Shown: positions 38,446-46,872 of the stretch, piece after piece
How the letters are laid out: every line of letters begins with the position of its first letter
Numbering within the stretch: the first letter of the stretch is position 1
Program-made: the position numbers and the translations under genes
Notes under the pieces: generated by a model
What the model was told of the DNA's origin: nothing
What the model saw: only the letters and a program-made list of their open reading frames with translations
Databases searched by the model: none
NCBI GenBank assembly: GCA_030141605.1
Contig: JAQGDQ010001332.1
Location: 1 to 46,872 of the forward strand
DNA length: 46,872 nucleotides
DNA from: Tubiluchus corallicola
Lineage: Eukaryota; Animalia; Priapulida
Direction of reading: 5' to 3'

Positions 38446-39076
38446 AGCTTCCTCTGAACGCTCTGCAAGCCTGAGATTATAATACGTAAGAGTTAGGAAT
38501 CACTGACTCCATTACTGGAACTATTCAAGAAGCTGTTATTCTAGTCAATCAGATGTGTGTTATATTATTGCGCCGAAAGGCCAATTAACAGCAAATTAGA
38601 AGTAGTACCCGTGACAAGTCAGCAGAGGACGTTACTATGGTGACAGGTCAGCAGAGGCTCGTTGGTAGGTATTACTGAGGATAGATATTATTAGATGTGT
38701 GGCATAAATCAACTAATATTAGCCTCATAATTGGGGTATGCAAGGACCAGTATTACCAGCCGAGAAGCAGTCAGTTTGTAGACTCAAGTGCTTTGCTATA
38801 GATTCTGCGCTAGGCGTTTCTCTACCTTCTTAGACTTATTGTGGATGTTCATCAGTGTACACGTTACGTTCGATATACTATACGATCACATATGCTAAAC
38901 AAGACTTCATGTTTATGCATAATTCATCTTGCTCAGAAGACAACCACAAACCACCTTCATTATTACTGATACCTACATCATTATTACTACAGTCACATCA
39001 GTTTAAAATGCAACTTTCAATATTTTAAGAGAACACTTGTATTGTGTACGGCCTTGTTTTAGACACCAGTGCATAC

Positions 39077-39226
39077 CTGATTCCGTTCGACGGTCATGCG
39101 CATGCGCAGTTCTGTTAGGTGTTCGAGGCAGGGTTATTGTATGATTTGACGCCTCGCGATCCAACTCCTCCTGTCCGTCTGAGAAGCTCCCCCTGTTTCC
39201 ATCGTTGCTGCCGATTGATGTGACAT
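39077..39226 (-). CDS. CEP104: Probable CEP104-like linker exon (DVTSIGSNDGNRGSFSDGQEELDREASNHTITLPRTPNRTAHAHDRRTES)
   Basis: gtcag| acceptor, CAG|gtatgc donor, phase 1-1 compatible with the next exon; GC-richer than flanks; no recognisable motif. Confidence 0.55.
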
Positions 39227-39392
39227 CTGACGTTTCACACAAATGGAAAATAAACTCGGGTAGTGGATGTGTAATGACTTTGTCCTTATGAGCTTATTTA
39301 GTGTTAGAGTTTAGTTGGTTTTCCTTGTGACTGTGAGTTATGTCTTGCATCTCTTGTATTAGAAAGTATGTGAGCAGTCTCTGCCAGAAAGC

Positions 39393-39955
39393 GAATTCGA
39401 ATCGAATCGACTTTGCGACTTTCGAATCGAACCGAATATCAGTATTTAAGGAATGTATGTGGCTGAAATGACGAATTATTCGAATCTAGAGTTTAGGGTA
39501 CGAATCGAATTCGAACTAAATCGAGTTCGAATCGAATTTGTGAGTTTCGAATTCAGGTCGAATCGAATTTCTGCATTTCGAGTCCGAATGAAATTCGAAC
39601 GAGTTTGAAAGATTTTCGAACGAGTTTTCGAACTAGTAGTAAAAAGTGGTCTAACAATGATCATATTACTTGGTTTTGTTCTGCAGTAAAACTGCTATTA
39701 GTTCGCTGAAATATTGTGCAGAGAAGCTGCAGCTAAATTGTGCTGATTGCATGCTGTTTCGTGCTGAATTACTCGAATCTATAATTCTGTGTTCGATTCG
39801 AATTCGAGCTAAAAAAAACTCGTTCGAGTCGAATTCGGAGAATGGACCTCTATGGAGAAGTAGCTAAGTACAGTGCCTATCGTGATAAAGTCGAATTCGC
39901 TATAATTTTGGGGTCGAATCGAATTCAAAGTAAAAAACTCGTTCGAATCGAATTC
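39393..39955. mobile_element. TCGAA-rich MITE-like element
   Basis: Dense TTCGAA/GAATTCGA palindromes; ends gaattcgaatcgaa ... ttcgaatcgaattc are near-perfect inverted repeats. Confidence 0.55.
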
Positions 39956-39969
39956 CACAACAGACATTG

Positions 39970-40260
39970 ACTCGCAGAGGCTTTCACACTAGACAGTAAC
40001 TCGCAGAGGCTTTCACAATAGACAGTAACTAGCAGAGGCTTTCACACTAGACAGTAACTCTCAGAGGCTTTCACACTAGACAGTAACTCGCAGAGACTCT
40101 CACAATAGACTGTAACTCGCACAGGCTTTCACACTAAACAGTAACTTGCAGAGGCTTTCGCACTAGACAGTAACTCGCAGAGGCTCTTACACTAGACAGT
40201 AACTCGCAGAGGCTCTGTCACTAGACAGTAACTCGCAGAGGCTCTGACACTAGACAGTAG
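39970..40260. repeat. 29-bp minisatellite (ctcgcagaggctttcacactagacagtaa), ~10 units
   Basis: Directly visible. Confidence 0.93.
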
Positions 40261-40315
40261 ATCAACTGGCAGTAACTGTCGAAGAGTTTGCTATTTCTTG
40301 CAGTTCACACTTGCG

Positions 40316-41150
40316 AGTTTACTGTGATGTCGCAGCACTCACAGTTTACTGTGATGACGCAGCACTCACAGTTTATTGTGATGACGCAGCACTCACAGTT
40401 TACTGTGACGACGCAGCACTCACAGTTTATTGTGATGACGCAGCACTCACAGTTTTGTGTGATGATGCAACACTCACAGTTTACTGTGATGACGCAGCAC
40501 TCACAGTTTATTGTGATGACGCAGCACTCACAGTTTATTGTGATGACGCAGCACAAGCCGCTTACTGTGATGACGCAGCACTCACAGTTTTGTGTGATGA
40601 TGCAACACTCACAGTTTTGTGTGATGATGCAACACTCACAGTTTACTGTGATGACGCAGCACTCACAGTTTATTGTGATGACGCAGCACTCACAGTTTAT
40701 TGTGATGACGCAGCACAAGCCGCTTACTGTGATGACGCAGCACTCACAATTTACTGTGGTGATGCAGCACTCACAGTTTTGTGTGATGATGCAACACTCA
40801 CAGTTTACTGAGATGACGCAGCACTCACAGTTTACTGTGATGACGCAGCACTCACAGTTTACTGTGATGACGCAGCACTCACAGTTTACTGTGATGACGC
40901 AGCACTCACAGTTTACTGTGATGACGCAGCACTCACAGTTTATTATGATGACGCAGCACTCACAGTTTACTGTGATGACGCAGCACTCACAGTTTACTGT
41001 GATGACGCAGCACTCACAGTTCGCTGTGACGACGCAGCACTCACAGTTTACTGCGATGACGCTGCACTCACAGTTTACTGTGATGACGCAACACTCACAG
41101 TTTACTGTGATGACGTAGCACTCATAGTTTACTGTGATGACGCAGCTCTC
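40316..41150. repeat. 27-bp minisatellite (cagtttactgtgatgacgcagcactca), ~31 units
   Basis: 9-aa periodicity in three frames. Confidence 0.96.
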
Positions 41151-41390
41151 ACACAAGACAATGTACGAGATGTCTAGAGGGGTCTAAATAACATCTCAGA
41201 CAAGAACTACATCATATGTGCCTCGTTATAGACCTTTATGGAGTTATAACTTTTGTGTGACAGCATAAATTAGGTATCATAATACAAAGTGAATGTATGA
41301 AATATATACGTAATATACAAACGTAATAAGTGTAGTAAACTCGACGGACACGAACACTCTATTGCACAGTGGTGAAGAGAAAATCTTTAG

Positions 41391-42477
41391 AGGACAAGAA
41401 AAGGGACACCTGAAGTAGGTTTCAGAAAAATCGCATTAAAAAATTATACTACTTTACAGCAATTTTATGCGTATATCGCTTTTGCGTTGAAGGGGAATTT
41501 TGTTCGTTTTCATTTTAAATTTCCCGCATTACTGTTCCGACGTCGCCATTACATGACGTCACCTGCGCACAACGTAAATCAGGGAAGGAAAAGGCAATGT
41601 TAAATTATATCCCTAAAAACTTTCTGTGTAAATCTATATTACTTAGCATTTCGCTTATCTGCTGGAAAGACTTATGTAACTAGAAAAGAAAATTATTAAA
41701 TATTTAAAATGCTTTCAGCAATTTGTAAAACGTCGTTGACTCACCCTCCAGGGTGCGCCACTCACTAGCCAAACACGTATTTTTAGATTTATTGACAAGA
41801 TACAGTAAGTTAAAATTTTACTTAGCTAGCAAAATGTGTGTTACGAATGCTCTGAGCACTTGCGTACTGTTTTTTTACATACAGGGCTTGCGTCGGCCTA
41901 CAAAGCTGTTTAAAACATGTGAATTTAAACTCCCGCGATGGCGGTAGATGCAACCATTTTGAAGATAAGTCATTTGAAACAAGTTCAGATAACACTGAGT
42001 CAAGTTTGAAAAAATAATTAGAGCATTCGTTGCGAACGCGTAACTAACAAAGTAAAATTTAAAATTACTGTATCTTGTCAATAAAAATAAAAATACGTTT
42101 TTGGCTAGTAAGTGGCGCACCCTGGAGGGTGAGACGGCGATATTTTACTAATTGGTGAAAATTCTTTAAATAATTAATAATTTTCCTTTCTAGTTACATG
42201 AGTGTTTCAAGCAGGTAAGAGAAATGCTAAGTAACATAAGTTTGCAGAAAGTTTTTTGGGTCATAATTTAACATTTCCTTTCTTTCCCTAACTTACGTTG
42301 TGCGTATGTGACGTCATGTAATGGCGCTATAAGAACAGTATAGATGGGAGATTTAAAACGAAAACAAACAAAAACCCTTTCAACGCCAGTAAGATATACG
42401 CATAAAATTGCTGTAAAGTATTATCATTTTAAGACGATTTTTCTGAAACCTACTTCAGGTACCCCTTTTCTTGTCCT
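41391..42477. mobile_element. Non-autonomous Kolobok-like DNA transposon with ~460-bp inverted arms
   Basis: ttag|AGGACAAGAAAAGGGACACCTGAAGTAGGTTTCAGAAAAATCG ... CGATTTTTCTGAAACCTACTTCAGGTACCCCTTTTCTTGTCCT|ttaa; RR..YY termini with TTAA-like TSD. Confidence 0.75.
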
Positions 42478-42714
42478 TTAAGCTACATTTTGGAAACAAT
42501 TACATCGTTTTCAAAATAATCGCTGCACGATTCGTTAGCTCATTTGAATGTGGTTCACAAAAAAGTAATATAAATACAATTCAATTCAATTCAACTGTAT
42601 TTTGTTTTTATTATTACTCTACCTATTACATACAAGCACGTTTCCTCTAGAAATCACAAAAATAAACTGATGACTCAGTTACTCAACTATTTACACTAGA
42701 GATCTAAACTCTAA

Positions 42715-43047
42715 CCCTTTCATACCTGTTGTATCCCGTGGGATACGAGAATATTTTCTGCCTTTAAAATTAATAAAATTTTAAAACTGACATTTATTTG
42801 ATCTGTTAATAGTTATTTTGATTTAAGCCAATAACAATAGACTAAAAATGGTGATAAAATGGCAAACTAGAAAATCTACATAGCATAAAAAACTGCGCAA
42901 GGTACAGTACTATAGAGACGACTTTGTACAGATCAGCATAACATGCATACTAAATGTCTTAAATACTTTAAAAAATTATCAGCTGTTGCAAAATGAAGCA
43001 CATTTTTTGCTTTTGTTGTGTTTTTAAAAAAGTAGGGACTGAAAGGG
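42715..43047. mobile_element. piggyBac-like MITE 1
   Basis: ctaa|CCCTTTCATACC ... GGGACTGAAAGGG|ttaa. Confidence 0.6.
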
Positions 43048-43127
43048 TTAATAAAACGAACTTTCTTAAACCAAAACCAGAAAGATTTATTAGCAAAGGA
43101 TACACTTATCGGTAAACCTTTGCTTAA

Positions 43128-43740
43128 CCCTTACAGGGTCACCGAGGGGTAAAAAATTACCCCCAGACCGTTTTTTGCATTTTACCCTTTTACCATACGC
43201 ATCCCAGTAAACACTTTCTATGACTTTTTCTAAATATGTTTTGGGCACATAATACTTTCAGTTATTTATTTTAGACGCATTGTCTCACCACGACATAAAA
43301 GTAAAAATGCAATATGTCGATTTTTTAAAATTGTCGAAACTTTACTTCGCTTGTCTATATATTATACGGGCAATGTATCTGATAAAACAAAATGTCTGTT
43401 ACTCAAATTACTCCACCTAAAAGAAGAAAGTAGTAGACAATAAATTCAAAATAACAATGATTTTTGCACACGCGCTGCAATGTCGGTTGTCTGCAGTTAT
43501 TCCAGCATAGATAAGGGAACGTAACTAAGTGAATTTAAATTTCGTATTACTAGTAAGTCACATGTCTATAAGCAGAGGTATAATGTATCCTATGATGGTC
43601 AGCATAACCACAAATTATGCTGTTGCTGTTTACTAATGAAACACGGCGGTTTATCAAAAGTAATTTACGAATTATGGTGGGGGTAATTTTTTACCCCCGG
43701 TTACCAAAACCGGTTGTAAAAAATAGTGACCCTATGAGAG
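43128..43740. mobile_element. piggyBac-like MITE 2
   Basis: ttaa|CCCTTACAGGGTCAC ... GTGACCCTATGAGAG|ttaa plus asymmetric subterminal IRs ggggtaaaaaattaccccc / gggggtaattttttacccc. Confidence 0.75.
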
Positions 43741-43919
43741 TTAAAATAGTTACAGTAATTAGTATGTACGTAGAAAAATACTCGAATTTTTTTGTATTCC
43801 AGGAGATCAAATGATTGTTTTTAACTAGAAAAATAGAAAATATATATACAGTAACTAGTTCCAAGTTTATAAATATGAAATGATGAAACACTTTATGTTT
43901 TTGGCAGTCTGCCAGTGGT

Positions 43920-44041
43920 TCAGAAAGTGAGATCAAGGGTGTTGGCTCTTCGTAGTTTTCTCTTAGCTGCAGCGCTGAATTTCGTGGCAGGTTTTGGAGG
44001 GGGTTCGCTTTGTGTGAATCCTGAATACCATTTAGGGGCAC
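43920..44041 (-). CDS. Possible exon of uncertain gene and frame (APKWYSGFTQSEPPPKPATKFSAAAKRKLRRANTLDLTF*, or VPLNGIQD... in another frame)
   Basis: Strong acceptor ttcttattttattcag| and a GC-richer unique island; no good donor. Confidence 0.3.
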
Positions 44042-44079
44042 CTGAATAAAATAAGAACGGCTATTCTAGCAAATCGTTA

Positions 44080-45855
44080 TAAGTATCTAGGCAACCTTAG
44101 TTCATTAAAACTATCTTGGCAACCCTAGAACACCTAAGTATCTTGGCAACCCTAGGATATCATAAGTATCTTTGTAACTCTACATTAGTTAAAGTATCTT
44201 GGCAACCCTAGATCATCGTACGTATCTCGCAACCCTAGGATATCATAAATATCTTCGTAACTCTACATTAGTTAAAGTATCTTGGCAACCCCAGATCATC
44301 ATAAGTGTCTTGGCAACCCTAGGATATCATAAGTATCTTCGTAACTCTAAATTAGTTAGAGTATCTTGGCAACCCTAGATCATCATTAGTGTCTTGGCAA
44401 CCCTAGGATATCATAAGTATCTTCGTAACTCTAAATTAGTTAAAGTATCTTGGCAACCGTAGATCATCATAAGTGTCATGCCAACCCTAAGTCATCAAAA
44501 GTATCTTCCTAACCCTAGGTTAGTTATAAGTATCTTGGCAACCCCAGATCATCATAAGTGTCTTGGCAACCCTAGGATATCATAAGTATCTTTGTAACTC
44601 TACATTAGTTAAAGTATCTTGGCAACCCTAGATCATCATAAGTGTCTAGGCAACCCTAGGATATCATAAGTATATTTGTAACTCTACATTAGTTAAAGTA
44701 TCTTGGCAACCCTAGATCATCATAAGTGTCTTGCCAACCCTAAGTCATCATAAGTATCTTCCTAACCCTAGGTTAGTTATAAGTATCTTGGCAACCCTAG
44801 ATCATCATAAGTGTCTTGCCAACCCTAAGTCATCATAAGTATCTTCCTAACCCTAGGTTAGTTATAAGTATCTTGGCAACCCTAGATCATCATAAGTGTC
44901 TTGGCAACCTTAGGATATCATAAGTATCTTTGTAACTCTACATTAATTAAAGTATCTTGGCAACCCTAGATCATCATAAGTGTCTAGGCAACCCTAGGAT
45001 ATTATAAGTATCTTTGTAACTCTACATTAGTTAAAGTATCTTGGCAACCCTAGATCATCATAAGTGTCTTGGCAACCCTAGGATATCATAAGTATCTTTG
45101 TAACTCTACATTAGTTAAAGTATCTTGGCAACCCTAGATCATCATAAGTGTCTAGGCAACCCTAGGATATCATAAGTATATTTGTAACTCTACATTAGTT
45201 AAAGTATCTTGGCAACCCTAGATCATGATAAGTGTCTTGCCAACCCTAAGTCATCATAAGTATCTTCCTAACCCTAGGTTAGTTACAAGTATCTTGGCAA
45301 CCCTAGATCATCATAAGTGTCTTGGCAACCTTAGGATATCATAAGTATCTTTGTAACTCTACATTAATTAAAGTATCTTGGCAACCCTAGATCATCATAA
45401 GTGTCTAGGCAACCCTAGGATATCATAAGTATCTTCGTAACTCTAAATTAGTTAAAGTATCTTGGCAACCCTAGATCATCATAAGTGTGTTGGCAACCCT
45501 AGCATATCATAAGTATCTTCGTTACTCTACATTAGTTAAAGTATCTTGGCAACCCTACATCATCATAAGTACCTTGGCAACTCTAGGTCATCATAAGTAT
45601 TTAGGCAACCCCGGATCATTATTAGTATCTTCCCGTACCTGTACTAGTTACAAGTATATTGGCAACCCTAGATCACAAGAAGTATTTAGGTAACCTTAGA
45701 TCATTTAAGCATCTTGGCAACTCTAGGTCATCATAAGTATCTAAGCAACCCTGATCATCTCAGCGTCTTGGCAACTCTATGTCATCATAAGTATCTAGGC
45801 AACCCTAGATCATTATAAGCATCTAGGCAACTCAATGAATATCTAGGCAACCTTT
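44080..45855. repeat. ~28-bp minisatellite (aagtatcttggcaaccctagatcatcat) organised in ~85-bp trimeric higher-order units
   Basis: Directly visible; degenerate at both edges. Confidence 0.95.
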
Positions 45856-46872
45856 GCAATGTCGTTTCACTTGTACTCCTTAATTAAAGCCTTAGTTTTT
45901 CACCTTAGTGTTGGAAGATCAGATCACAAGGCTAGTAAGTCTAATCGGCCGTCTCACGTCAAAATTCACTTCACTCAACCGCCAAAAGTAGTTCGTCTAA
46001 CCGACGCTTCAATCTGGACTTTTTTTTATAAATCTATGATAATTTAAATAGACCTTCTCTTAAGGCTAACTCAGTTTTATTACCAGCTGACAGTTCTTGT
46101 GTAAAAACTTGTGTAATAATGTAGTTCGAATCAAAGACCACAATTGAAACTTTTCATAACCGTTTTGCAGCTTAATTGCATATCTTCTACCTGTCAAGAC
46201 GCAAGTGAGTGTTCGTGTCCTCGTGGAGTATGCCAAAATGCAGCCCAAATGCAATGCTGCTAAAAAAGTTATTCCTTTTGATCTGAATTACAGTTTGAAG
46301 AGCTTCCATGTTGCTGAAACGACCACTAGCACTTGCATCTTGACTGCATTAAGGCATATCCATTTCAAGTAAACGTGCATTAGAGAAACCAGTGAAAGAA
46401 CGTCTAATAGAAATAACTTTTGTAAAATATCAAATAGACGTACATAAGGTAGAAAATGGAAAATAATTGATGTTTTTCTGAATTTAATGATTCAGCAATA
46501 ATGTTAGTGGGTGAGCTGAACGAAACTGCAAATTCACACCACCTGACCACACAGGTTAGAAGGTGATCAGGTAGCAACTACAAAATCTGCAAGGAGCTTG
46601 CAATACCTAAGATAAAGGCTAAACTTTCTGCTCTTTGGCTTCAATCTGATCTTCAAAAGAGCAGTCAACTTTTGCAAGAGCCACAAAACCCGTAATGCTC
46701 CTCTCGCTGGCTTCATTGCAGATTCTGTTCCTCCCAGTTTCCAAACATCGTAACGCCTCTGAACTTTACAACCGTCAGAAGCGCTCTGAAGCAAGCTCCC
46801 TCTCGTGATTGTTGTGTTAACATTTTTGGCATTGACGGTGTCGCTGTCGTCACTGTTTTGAATTTTTCTGGC

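Noticed and set aside
40288-41156. Metallothionein-like NCECCVITV and MTQHSQFTV ORFs
   Set aside because: 27-bp minisatellite open in several frames on both strands; no splice or codon evidence
46567-46872. Open frame at the window end
   Set aside because: No recognisable CEP104 or other motif; may be a decayed element

Overview
AT-rich, repeat-dense eukaryotic (invertebrate metazoan-like) genomic DNA; no prokaryotic features, CRISPR, rRNA or intact tRNA were seen. The main feature is a multi-exon minus-strand gene reconstructed by hand from GT-AG junctions and codon phase (13 exons, 39226 down to 15260). It encodes the TOG domain, four C2HC zinc fingers and C-terminal tail of a CEP104-like ciliary-tip protein; its N-terminus is not recognisable in the window. 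Inside its 5.4-kb intron (32519-37907), on the SAME strand, lies an intronless heparan sulfate 3-O-sulfotransferase (HS3ST1/5-like) ORF broken by one in-frame TAA. The same intron starts with ~23 copies of a 44-bp unit carrying the U1 snRNA 5'-end sequence (ACTTACCTG) in sense orientation. A convergent plus-strand gene fragment ending in a single-pass transmembrane exon lies at ~7.6-10.65 kb. The first 6.7 kb are two inverted arrays of a 90-bp satellite around a 1.46-kb spacer, with a third variant array at 8.8-9.5 kb. Most introns hold their own mini/microsatellite, plus non-autonomous DNA transposons (Kolobok-, piggyBac-, Tigger/pogo-like), a CR1/L2 3' fragment and tRNA-derived SINE heads. 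Most long ORFs in the supplied track are tandem-repeat artefacts.
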